From contig JBOFUV010000002.1 in assembly GCA_051652765.1 (NCBI GenBank), positions 1 to 29,388 on the forward strand: a stretch of DNA of 29,388 nucleotides, written 5' to 3'. The translations under genes and the position numbers were made by a program. The notes beneath the pieces were generated by a model. It searched no databases, was not told the origin of the DNA, and saw nothing but the letters and a program-made list of their open reading frames with translations. This stretch comes from Microcoleaceae cyanobacterium (lineage in GTDB: Bacteria > Cyanobacteriota > Cyanobacteriia > Cyanobacteriales > Microcoleaceae). Positions 1 to 8,884 of this stretch are shown here, piece by piece. Each line of letters begins with the position of its first letter. Position 1 is the first letter of the stretch.

Positions 1-262
1 CAACCCCCACTCCTGAACCTACACCAACGCCTACACCAACTCCCAACCCAACCCCCACTCCTGAACCTACACCAACGCCTACACCAACTCCCAACCCAAC
101 CCCAACTCCTGAACCTACACCAACGCCAACGCCAACTCCCAACCCAACCCCCACTCCAACGTTACCGCCAACTCCAACGCCAACTCCCAACCCAACCCCC
201 ACTCCAACGTTACCGCCAACTCCAACTCCACCAACGTTACCGCCAACTCCGCCAACTCCACT
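1..262 (+). repeat. 48-bp-period tandem repeat encoding a Pro/Thr linker
   Basis: caacccccactcctgaacctacaccaacgcctacaccaactcccaacc at 1-48 and 49-96, a variant at 97-144, then a related ccaacgttaccgccaact type unit from 145. Confidence 0.9.
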
Positions 263-1625
263 CCAGCGCCCTTCAAATTCAAAGGAGCCCCAGGGGAATT
301 CAGCTATAGCCATTGAACGGGACTCCTTGGGTCGTGACCTGGAGAAGGATGAGTTAGATGTCGAAACGGCTGACCTGACTACACCCCTGGCCTCTGAAGA
401 TTATGCGTTTCAAGTGAATGATCTGGATAGGACGCTTTGGTTGTTGGAACACAGTCTCAATCAAGAATTTGAAAGTTATTTGGGGCTTGAGAGTGTGCCT
501 GTTCGTGATCGCCGAGCAATTCAGCAGGTTCTAAAAAAAGTTGAAGCTGAAACCGGGGAAGTTTATGTCATTGTTTATCTGGTGGCCCGAGATGAACAAT
601 TGGAAGTGGTCTTAGTGACTTCATCCGGTTCTCCAATTCATCGGAGTGTCCCAGAAGCTAGGGCAGAACTCCTGTTTCCCGTGATCAAAGCCTTGCAAGG
701 TAGCATCATCACGCCACGGGAACAGAATACCAACCGTTATCAAGACTCAGCCAAACAACTGTATGACTGGATTCTTCAGCCCATTGAGGCTGATTTACAA
801 AACGCTGGAGCCACAACGTTATTATTCTCTCTGGGGTTGGGACTGCGGAGCTTGCCAATAGCAGCGCTTTGGGATGGGGAGCAGTTCCTGATTGAAAAAT
901 ATAACTACAGCCTGATTCCCAGTACGAGCTTGATCAGTCCAACTTATACCTCCCTGACAGAGGCTGCGATCTTGGCGATGGGAGCTAGCCAGTTTTCGGA
1001 TCAAGCCCCTTTGCCTGCGGTGCCCCTAGAAGTTGAGAAGATTACTGAATTTTGGCCGGGACAGGTCTTTTTAAACGAATCCTTTACCCTGAGCAATTTA
1101 CAAGTCCAGCGACGGTTAATCAACTATGAGGTGATTCATCTTGCAACCCATGCTGACTTTCAACCCGGAACTCCGGAGAATTCTTATATTCAACTTTGGG
1201 ATCAAAAGTTGCCCCTGAGTCAATTGCCTGACCTGAATTGGGACACTCCTCAGTTGGAACTTCTAGTTCTGAGTGCTTGCCAAACTGCAATTGGAGATCG
1301 GGAGGCTGAGTTGGGGTTTGCTGGATTAGCCGTCCAAGCTGGGGCAAAGTCCGCGATCGCCAGTTTGTGGAATGTGAGCGATGAAGGAACCTTAGGGCTG
1401 ATGAGCGAGTTCTACATTGAATTGAAGACTGCACCAATCAAAGCCGCCGCCCTACGACAGGCCCAAATTGATATGATTCGGGGAAAGGTTCGGATTGAAT
1501 CGGGTCAGTTAATCACGGAACGGAGCACCCTGGCGTTACCCCCTGAACTAGTCGATGTCAACTCCCAGAGTCTTGCCCATCCCTATTATTGGGCTGGGTT
1601 TACGCTGATTGGGACACCGTGGTAG
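3..1625 (+). CDS. CHAT-domain (caspase-like) protein with Pro/Thr-rich linker, 5'-partial
   Basis: Frame 3 is open from the window start ([16 protein letters not shown]...) into the listed 327..1625 ORF. CHAT motifs IHLATHA (His), LVLSACQT (Cys), ASLWNVSD and HPYYWAGF. The true start lies upstream of the window. Confidence 0.92.
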   Translation, partial: TPTPEPTPTPTPTPNPTPTPEPTPTPTPTPNPTPTPEPTPTPTPTPNPTPTPTLPPTPTPTPNPTPTPTLPPTPTPPTLPPTPPTPLQRPSNSKEPQGNSAIAIERDSLGRDLEKDELDVETADLTTPLASEDYAFQVNDLDRTLWLLEHSLNQEFESYLGLESVPVRDRRAIQQVLKKVEAETGEVYVIVYLVARDEQLEVVLVTSSGSPIHRSVPEARAELLFPVIKALQGSIITPREQNTNRYQDSAKQLYDWILQPIEADLQNAGATTLLFSLGLGLRSLPIAALWDGEQFLIEKYNYSLIPSTSLISPTYTSLTEAAILAMGASQFSDQAPLPAVPLEVEKITEFWPGQVFLNESFTLSNLQVQRRLINYEVIHLATHADFQPGTPENSYIQLWDQKLPLSQLPDLNWDTPQLELLVLSACQTAIGDREAELGFAGLAVQAGAKSAIASLWNVSDEGTLGLMSEFYIELKTAPIKAAALRQAQIDMIRGKVRIESGQLITERSTLALPPELVDVNSQSLAHPYYWAGFTLIGTPW

Positions 1626-1820
1626 CCAACTCGAACTTGATCCTGAGATTGTCAGAGTTTGATAATATAAGCTTAAGGGCAGAATCTACTGCATATTGCC
1701 CAATTTCTGCTCTATATTCCTGGTGTGAGCTGGTTATCATAGTCTAAGGTTGCCACTTTTCAAGACCCTGATTGGGGTGGCAAACATAGTTTATCGTCTA
1801 CAAAAGCTTGTAGATTTGGA

Positions 1821-1865
1821 TTCTAAATTGGCAAGCTCTAAGTTTGCAAGTTCTAAGTTTGCAGG
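1821..1865 (+). repeat. 3 x 15-bp tandem repeat upstream of the RTX gene
   Basis: ttctaaattggcaag / ctctaagtttgcaag / ttctaagtttgcagg. Confidence 0.75.
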
Positions 1866-1906
1866 CGCTTTCATTGTGTCAACAGTATTGAGGGAAACGT
1901 AAGTTT

Positions 1907-2614
1907 ATGAGTTCTTTGGTTGGAACAAGCGGTAACGACAATTTAATTGGAAGTGACTTTTCAGATTCTATCTTTGGTCTGGAGGGGAATGATGTCATCC
2001 GAGGGGGCGGGGGAAATGACACCCTGTTAGCTGGCCCAGGCGATGATGCTTTGACTGGGAATGATGCTAATTCCGTAACTGGGCTTCCTGGTCATGATTA
2101 TCTGTTTGCTGGCAAAGGAAACGACCGGCTTGACGGTCTTGGAGGAATAGACATTCTCTTTGGTGACATCGGCAACGATACGGTCTTTGGTGGGAATGAG
2201 GCTGATCAGGTTTTTGGGAATCAGGCTGAGGACACTGTAGACGGAGGTAACGGTGACGACACTCTGTTTGGTGGTCAGGGAAATGATAGTCTAGCTGGAA
2301 GTTTGGGTAATGATTGGCTGTTTGGAGATGGCGGGAACGACACGTTATTTGGCGGCAATGGGGATGATCGATTTGTCTTCCAGCCAGGATTTGGAACAGA
2401 CATCGTGATTAATTATACTGCGGGTGACAGAATTGTCCTGCTGGCCAGCGATGGGATTACTCGATCCGATTTAGCGTTTGCAAATGGAACTGGAGCTAAT
2501 AATGGCAGTCTGTTAATTAACCTGGCTTCAACTGGTGAAACCTTGGCGATCCTGCAGACGACTTCGGTTGAAGAATTCAATAGTATCGGGGTCGTTGAAG
2601 TTCTGGCAATCTAA
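1907..2614 (+). CDS. RTX/hemolysin-type calcium-binding repeat protein
   Basis: Many GGxGxDxLx nonapeptides (GGGGNDTLL, GGNGDDTLF, GGQGNDSLA, GDGGNDTLF); GAGGG upstream of the ATG. Confidence 0.9.
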   Translation: MSSLVGTSGNDNLIGSDFSDSIFGLEGNDVIRGGGGNDTLLAGPGDDALTGNDANSVTGLPGHDYLFAGKGNDRLDGLGGIDILFGDIGNDTVFGGNEADQVFGNQAEDTVDGGNGDDTLFGGQGNDSLAGSLGNDWLFGDGGNDTLFGGNGDDRFVFQPGFGTDIVINYTAGDRIVLLASDGITRSDLAFANGTGANNGSLLINLASTGETLAILQTTSVEEFNSIGVVEVLAI

Positions 2615-2675
2615 CCTCGCTCCACTCAAACGAGATTGTGCCTTTCTTACCATCTATCGCTCTCACTGATAACAA

Positions 2676-3362
2676 ATGAAATTGAACCTGAGTTCAGCCC
2701 TGCAACCGTTACTGGTACAAAGCGTTAAATTTGGCCTGATCAGCTTTGCCTTCCTTGTCTCCCCAGCTTTAGCAGATGATGCAGCAGAAGTCCGGGCAAC
2801 GTTCACAAACTATAAATCTGCAATTCTGGCGGGAGAAGGAGACGCGGCGGTTGACCAGATTAGTCAAAATACTATTGAATATTATGGCGCAATGCAAAAG
2901 CTAGCGGTTTGTGCCGATGCAGCAACGGTTAAAGCCCAGTCTATGCTCGATCGGGTACAAATTTTCTCCATGCGATTTCGAGTGCCCGCCCCAACCTTGC
3001 TGACGCTATCAGACGAGGGTGTCGTTGCCTATGGGGTAGAACAAGGATGGATTGGCAAGGAAGGCGTTATGAATATAGAACTGGGCGAAGTCACCCTAGA
3101 GAACAATGAAGCGTTTGCTGTGATCCTCCAAAATCGTCAACCTGCAGGAATTCGGTTTCGTTTTGTGAAGGAATCGGGGGACTGGAAATTGGATTTGTTG
3201 CCGATTATTGAACTGTCTAATCTTGCGTTTCAGGAATTGGCCAAACAAGAAGAAATTGAAGAAAATGAATTTATTTTTGCCTTGTTAGCCCTGTTGGAAG
3301 GTCGGGAACCCACTGAGGCAGTCTGGAACCCGATTGATCCCAAACATTCCCTGTGTCGTTAA
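2676..3362 (+). CDS. Hypothetical exported protein
   Basis: 228-aa ORF with a hydrophobic N-terminal stretch ending A-L-A|DD, resembling a signal peptide. No family recognised. Confidence 0.75.
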   Translation: MKLNLSSALQPLLVQSVKFGLISFAFLVSPALADDAAEVRATFTNYKSAILAGEGDAAVDQISQNTIEYYGAMQKLAVCADAATVKAQSMLDRVQIFSMRFRVPAPTLLTLSDEGVVAYGVEQGWIGKEGVMNIELGEVTLENNEAFAVILQNRQPAGIRFRFVKESGDWKLDLLPIIELSNLAFQELAKQEEIEENEFIFALLALLEGREPTEAVWNPIDPKHSLCR

Positions 3363-3365
3363 CGG

Positions 3366-3394
3366 TGAATCATTAATAATTCTTTAATGATTCA
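3366..3394. terminator. AT-rich hairpin between convergent genes, possible bidirectional terminator
   Basis: tgaatcattaa-N7-ttaatgattca perfect inverted repeat immediately after the 3362 stop. Confidence 0.5.
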
Positions 3395-3427
3395 TTAAAG
3401 GGTATGAAACCACTTAAACGCATTCAA

Positions 3428-4825
3428 CTAAACGCCCAAAATCAGGTGAGCCAGATTGAAATAAATCAACACGCCCAAAACATCCACCGCAGTCGTAATA
3501 AACGGAGCAGACATTAAAGCCGGATCTAAGCCCAGAGTTCGGAACAAGAAGGGCAAGGCCGATCCTGAAACAGAGGCTAAGATCGAGATGGCGACTAGGC
3601 TAATTCCCACTGACAGAGCCACAGAAAATTCCCCCGGCACAATAAAAAAGTTTGCCCAGACGGTTGCCAAGACTCCCAAAATCACCCCTAACAACGCTCC
3701 TGCCAGACCTTCCCGCCAGATCACTTCAATCGGCTTCATCCCCCGAATTTCATCAGTATTCATTCCCCGAATCACAACCGTTGAAGATTGTGCCCCCACG
3801 TTTCCCCCGGTTCCAGTCAGCAACGGGATGAAAAAAGAAAGAGCCACCACCTCTTGAATAATGTCCTGCTGAGTCTTGAGAATGGCTCCCGTGATGCTAT
3901 TGGTCAGCAGCAAAATCAACAGCCAAACCACTCGACGACGGGCAACAGTGAGCAAACTGGCCTGGAAGTAGTTGTCTCCCTGGGCTTGTACTCCACTCAA
4001 GGCATAAATATCTTCCGTAATTTCCTCCTGCAAAATATCGAGGACATCATCAACTGTAATAATCCCCACGAGACGTTGTTCACTATCTACGACCGGAACC
4101 GCCAAAAAGTCATATCGTTGAATGATGCGGGCCACCTCTTCTTGGTCAGTTCCCGTTTGCACACAAACCAAATCTCGATTCATGATCTCGCCAATGGTCT
4201 GATCCAGTTGGGCTGTGACTAAATCCCGCAAGGACAAAATCCCCGATAACCTCCGATCAGAATCGGTCACGTACAGTGAGTAGATGGTTTCTGTAGTATT
4301 CGCCAAGCTGCGAATCCGTTCCAAGCTTTGACTCACGGTGTAGTGCTCCTTCAGGGAGATATATTCGGGCGTCATAATTCGCCCTGCTGTACCGGCTTCA
4401 TAGCCCAGTAATAGAGCAGTCGCTTGGCGTTCTGAAAGGCTCAACTGAGTCACCAAGCGACGAACAACTGTTGCAGGCAGTTCATCAAAGAGTTTGGCTC
4501 GATCATCTGGAGACATCTTGTCAACAATGTCTAGCACCTCCTGTCGCTTGAACTTCTCGCAAAGGGACTGTTGGACAACAGAGTCAAGCTGTTCGTAAAC
4601 CTCGATGGCTTCATCTTTAGACAATAGCCGGAAAGCAATCACTTGCATGGTTTCCGGCAGACCTTCAATCGCCTCAGCAATATCGGGGGGCTGAACCGGA
4701 ATCAAAATTGCTTTAGCCGCCTGCAAATCTCCCTGCTCTAGAAGGACTTGAAGTTGCGATCGCACAAGCTCCCGCAATTCCTTGCGAGACATCACGCTCA
4801 GAGTTGACTTTTCAGCTTCAGTCAA
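3428..4825 (-). CDS. mgtE: Magnesium transporter MgtE
   Basis: MgtE N-domain, CBS pair (AGRIMTPEY, YDFLAVPVVD, GIITVDD), membrane motifs GGNVGAQS and DPALMSAPFITTAVD. GGAGG RBS upstream of a TTG start. Confidence 0.96.
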   Translation of the reverse strand: MTEAEKSTLSVMSRKELRELVRSQLQVLLEQGDLQAAKAILIPVQPPDIAEAIEGLPETMQVIAFRLLSKDEAIEVYEQLDSVVQQSLCEKFKRQEVLDIVDKMSPDDRAKLFDELPATVVRRLVTQLSLSERQATALLLGYEAGTAGRIMTPEYISLKEHYTVSQSLERIRSLANTTETIYSLYVTDSDRRLSGILSLRDLVTAQLDQTIGEIMNRDLVCVQTGTDQEEVARIIQRYDFLAVPVVDSEQRLVGIITVDDVLDILQEEITEDIYALSGVQAQGDNYFQASLLTVARRRVVWLLILLLTNSITGAILKTQQDIIQEVVALSFFIPLLTGTGGNVGAQSSTVVIRGMNTDEIRGMKPIEVIWREGLAGALLGVILGVLATVWANFFIVPGEFSVALSVGISLVAISILASVSGSALPFLFRTLGLDPALMSAPFITTAVDVLGVLIYFNLAHLILGV

Positions 4826-5370
4826 GGGTTGATCCTCCTACAACAACTCCTAAATCAAGTCTAGAGGGTAATGCAGCATCAACGGAGATCTTGCCAATCT
4901 TAATGTAGGTTGGTGTCAAGCTTGCAAAGCCCAATATTCTCAAATCCAAACTCATATCAACTCCACTAATGGGCATCCTGTAAGTTTTTTTTAAAAAAGC
5001 TGGTTAGGGTTCTAAGTCATTTCAAGACAATCGCTACAAAATGTGAAATTCTGTAGCCAGATGATCGAGCACTACGACTGGATTCATCCCAAATTTCAAT
5101 AGATCTTGTGACCAACTCAAGACAAAAGACCTTTTACAGAGGTGAGTTAACACCCTGCAGGGGTTAAGCCCCTTTGGCACTTGGGGTGAGATGACGTTAG
5201 CACAATAGAGAAATACTTCAGTTTAAAAAGCAAGACGTTATTCTTGTAAACTGAGTATCAAAATTAGGTAAACCTTTCAGGTAGGTTCCTATTCATCAGG
5301 GTGAGATCAAGAAGAAAGGGGCAGAAGATGCGATATCTTTGCCTGCGGTCGAGAATTCTACCTTTTTTTA

Positions 5371-7251
5371 ATGAATGACGTGAAAACGTCACACGGTTTT
5401 TTTATGCCAGTTAATAATTGGGGTGCATTTTCCTCTGAGATGGAGGAAAATAACGATTCGTTGGGGCTTGAAATGATGAGAATTGCGGAAACACAGGGGC
5501 AAAACATCGTTCAGAAATGGGAGTGGCAAGGTCAGATCAACGCCGATCAGCTTTGCCAACTGCAACTATTTGCAACGGCTGTTCACAATACAGGGGACGC
5601 GATTGTAATCACAACTAGCAATCTAGAACCTCCGGGGCCAGAGATTGTCTATGTGAATCGAGCCTTTACCCAGATCACCGGATATTTCGCAGAAGACGTT
5701 CTGGGCCAAACCCCCCGAATTTTACAGGGGCCAAAAACGGATCGACAAGTTCTGGAAACCATGAAGTGCTCTCTCCAAGAGCGGAAGGTGTTTCAAGGAG
5801 AAACCATTAACTATCGTAAAGATGGGACAGAATTTCATAATCACTGGCGCGTGGAGCCAATTTGTAGTGCTTCTGGTCAAATCACTCACTATTTGGCAAT
5901 TCAGCGAGATATCACTCACCAAAAGCAGTCTGAACATCTACTAACTGCCTGTGAGACCTCTGATCCGCTAACCCGATTGCCCAACCGTTCAATTCTGACC
6001 TATCGCCTGCAAGAAGCAATTGAAAAAACTCACTGCCACCAGGACTATCTATTTGCCTTGCTGTTCCTGGACTTAGATCACTTCAAGTTGGTCAATGATA
6101 GCTTGGGTCATCAGGCGGGAGATCAACTGCTGGTGGCGATCGCCCAACGGTTACAACAGTGTGTTCGCCCCACCGATATGATTGCCCGTTTGGGGGGAGA
6201 TGAGTTTGCCATCCTGCTGAATAATATTCGAGACTTGGCCACGGTCTCTCAGATTGCCGAGCGAATTCAGCAAAACCTGCGGAAGACTCTGCTATTGAAG
6301 GGGCACGAACTCTCAACCACCGTGAGCATTGGCATTGCCCTCAGTAGCACTGGATACGACCATCCCGAAGACTTACTACGGGATGCTGATATTGCCCTCC
6401 ATCGCGCTAAGGCCAGGGGTCGAGCCTGTTATGCCGTATTCAATAAAACTATGCACCTGCGAGTCCTAGAACGGCTGCATCTGGAAAACGATCTTCGTCG
6501 AGCCGTCGATACCCAACAACTTCAACTCCATTATCAACCGATTGTTTCGATCAAAACAGGCCGAATTGCAGGCTTTGAGGCACTCCTGCGATGGTATCAT
6601 CCTCAACGGGGAGCCATCCCTCCTGCTCAGTTTATTCCAGTGGCAGAGGAGACGGGCCTGATTCAAGAGATTGGAGAGTGGGTGTTGCGGACAGCGTGCA
6701 AGCGAGCCGGAGTTTGGGATCAGATGTTTCCCAACTCCTCCCCCTTGTTCATGAGTGTGAATCTTTCCAGCCAGCAATTGACCCAGATCAATTTAGTCGA
6801 AACCATCGCTCAAATTTTAGCTGAAACCCGATGCGATCCCAACCGTTTGAAGCTAGAGATTACAGAGAGTGCGATTACGGAAAAAGCTGACATGGCAATC
6901 TCAACTCTAAAAGAGCTGAAAGCCTTAGGAATCCGTCTGTGTATTGACGACTTTGGAACAGGTTACTCCTCCCTCAGCCGCCTGTATTCCTTTCCGATTA
7001 GTACCCTGAAAATTGATCGCTCTTTTGTTTCTGGAATTGATTTAGCAGATGGAACCACGAAAATTGTAGAAGCCATCATCGCCCTCGGCCAGAATTTGGG
7101 CATGGAGGTGATTGCAGAAGGGGTAGAAACAGAGCAACAGTTGCACGTTTTACGTCGCTTAAATTGTCAATATGCTCAAGGGTATTGGTTTGCTCGGCCC
7201 ACAACCTATCAAGAAGTGGAAGCGTTGTTAACCTCACAACCTTGGTTATAA
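5371..7251 (+). CDS. PAS-GGDEF-EAL diguanylate cyclase/phosphodiesterase
   Basis: PAS (IVYVNRAF...PRILQGP...NYRKDG), DPLT/LPNR, RxxD I-site (RPTD) before GGDEF, EAL, EITES, DDFGTGYSS, KIDRSF. Start codon uncertain (several in-frame Met). Confidence 0.94.
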   Translation: MNDVKTSHGFFMPVNNWGAFSSEMEENNDSLGLEMMRIAETQGQNIVQKWEWQGQINADQLCQLQLFATAVHNTGDAIVITTSNLEPPGPEIVYVNRAFTQITGYFAEDVLGQTPRILQGPKTDRQVLETMKCSLQERKVFQGETINYRKDGTEFHNHWRVEPICSASGQITHYLAIQRDITHQKQSEHLLTACETSDPLTRLPNRSILTYRLQEAIEKTHCHQDYLFALLFLDLDHFKLVNDSLGHQAGDQLLVAIAQRLQQCVRPTDMIARLGGDEFAILLNNIRDLATVSQIAERIQQNLRKTLLLKGHELSTTVSIGIALSSTGYDHPEDLLRDADIALHRAKARGRACYAVFNKTMHLRVLERLHLENDLRRAVDTQQLQLHYQPIVSIKTGRIAGFEALLRWYHPQRGAIPPAQFIPVAEETGLIQEIGEWVLRTACKRAGVWDQMFPNSSPLFMSVNLSSQQLTQINLVETIAQILAETRCDPNRLKLEITESAITEKADMAISTLKELKALGIRLCIDDFGTGYSSLSRLYSFPISTLKIDRSFVSGIDLADGTTKIVEAIIALGQNLGMEVIAEGVETEQQLHVLRRLNCQYAQGYWFARPTTYQEVEALLTSQPWL

Positions 7252-7370
7252 CTGCAAAAGCTTGCGGGTTCAACAGCACCTGGTAACCTTTGCATCACTA
7301 CCAAGATTTTGATGCTGTCCACTGAACATAGGGGTTAGGTTGCGCTGTCAACCGTGCTGCACGGAACTGT

Positions 7371-7958
7371 TTAAGGAGAGTCAAAACGATTGAGAATCTC
7401 ATGACCTCGTGGGGATAGCCGATAGCCTCCCCGCGCAATACTTTCAGTGAGTCCGATCTCCTTGAGTTTACGTACTTTGACTTTGAATACCTGTGTATCT
7501 AGATGGGCTAAGACTGCAATCTCTGTGGCCCGCACACCTGGATGCTCTTGAATCAGTCGCAAAACGGTTATTGTCCAGGAACCATCTTTACTTTTTACAT
7601 CAAGTTGCGTGAGTTTTTGATAGACTTCAGCCAGTTCGTCATCAGTCAGATTAACCTGCTCTCTCAGCACCTCACGGGGATCTTGTCCGGCAAAGTGCAA
7701 TCTGATACGGTAAATCTCCCCATCTCTGTTGTTGTTCAGCCTGTGCAATAGTTCTGTGCAAGATGAATAGCCTGCTTGTTGAGCGTCTTCTTCCGTAATC
7801 TCATCAACACTCACAACACTAACTGCATCGATCGCTAGGATACCGACTGCTGTCCGAAGTTGACCGCCTTCTCGAACCGTTGGACGTTTCCAACGACGAA
7901 ATGCTAGAGTCACCGCCCCGTTTGCGATAAGCTCAAGAACTTGGTGCTTGATTAACAT
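7371..7958 (-). CDS. ASCH/PUA-like domain protein with C-terminal winged helix (putative)
   Basis: N-terminal I..G..TLAFRRW...DAQQAGY pattern resembles ASCH. The C-terminal FKVKVRKLKEIGLTES...GYRLSPRG resembles a wHTH. Family recognised from memory only. Confidence 0.7.
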   Translation of the reverse strand: MLIKHQVLELIANGAVTLAFRRWKRPTVREGGQLRTAVGILAIDAVSVVSVDEITEEDAQQAGYSSCTELLHRLNNNRDGEIYRIRLHFAGQDPREVLREQVNLTDDELAEVYQKLTQLDVKSKDGSWTITVLRLIQEHPGVRATEIAVLAHLDTQVFKVKVRKLKEIGLTESIARGGYRLSPRGHEILNRFDSP

Positions 7959-8185
7959 AATGGGTAAAGGTTCGAGCTACTTAATTCGATGTATCCATTT
8001 TGCCAAGTGATGCCCAAAGTGTTCACAGCTTAGGCGATCGCTAGGATGAAGTTCTGATTCTTTTCGCTCGAAGTCCGTCTTAGAACTCTGTGTTGAAGAC
8101 TTATTAAAAGCAATAACCACCGACCTTAAAACTCATCCGTCTCAAGCATGGAAATAAAGAGTTCTAAAAAATGTTGGCTGAGGAC

Positions 8186-8281
8186 GAGTCGTTCTTGCCA
8201 AGAACCGGCATACAGAAGTGCATCGTGCATCTGCTGCGTAACTCCCTCAAGTAGATGAGCTGGAAGCAACATTAGAAAGCT
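8186..8281 (+). pseudogene. IS256/Mutator-family transposase remnant
   Basis: Translates ESFLPRTGIQKCIVHLLRNSLK*MSWKQH*KA, matching the IS256 motif FP..VQ.CIVHLxRNSLKYVSWK, with in-frame stops. Confidence 0.75.
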
Positions 8282-8447
8282 GGTCTCGTTTTGCAATTAA
8301 AATTGAATTTCCAGACTGTTTTTCCGTTGATTAATAAAGCTTACACAACAGTATTGGCATCCTCTTGTATTCCGGAAGTTGCTACTTGTAATCGACATTG
8401 TCCTGGTATTTCTCGATGGGATTGGCGGTCTGACTCTATCGACCTTC

Positions 8448-8493
8448 GATTGAACTTATTTTTGATTGAACTTATTTTTGATTGAACAATTTT
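8448..8493 (+). repeat. 16-bp tandem repeat, about 3 copies
   Basis: gattgaacttattttt x2 plus gattgaacaatttt. Confidence 0.85.
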
Positions 8494-8884
8494 AGAATCT
8501 ATGCCATATTGTATCGGGGTTGCTAGGTTGCGTTGTGGCCACTAGAAAGTACTAGCTATAGATGTGGGTATTAACAGTTTGTATAAGGTAACAGGCTGCG
8601 GTTGATACGACTGATTAAGCGCTGTCCTTGTTTCTTCAGACTCGTTTTAAGTTTGCTCACTGCGTAGAATGAGGTTGAATTTTTTATCCATCTGCTGGCA
8701 CTGATAAGCGCACGGCAGAGAATCACAATAGTAGACTCTCCGATAGAAAGTACTTAGAAAGCACTGGTTCTGCTGGAGCCAGAAGCGTTGTACTTCTAAC
8801 CACCCTCAATGGGGATTGACTTCCGCAAGCTGATTTGCATATTCCGTGAGATAGACAATCTTTACCCGTGAGGCTTTTGAAATT

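Noticed and set aside
327..329. TTG start proposed for the CHAT ORF
   Set aside because: The frame is open to the window start through the Pro/Thr linker, so the gene is 5'-partial.
4826..5370. Possible M-box or c-di-GMP riboswitch between mgtE and the GGDEF-EAL gene
   Set aside because: Only short imperfect palindromes are present (for example 5147-5167); no recognisable aptamer consensus.
5590..5920. LOV photoreceptor domain
   Set aside because: The motif reads GQTPRILQ and lacks the photoactive Cys of GRNCRFLQ; treated as a generic PAS domain.
8291..8485. 64-aa ORF
   Set aside because: TTG start, runs through a tandem repeat, and has no recognisable motif.
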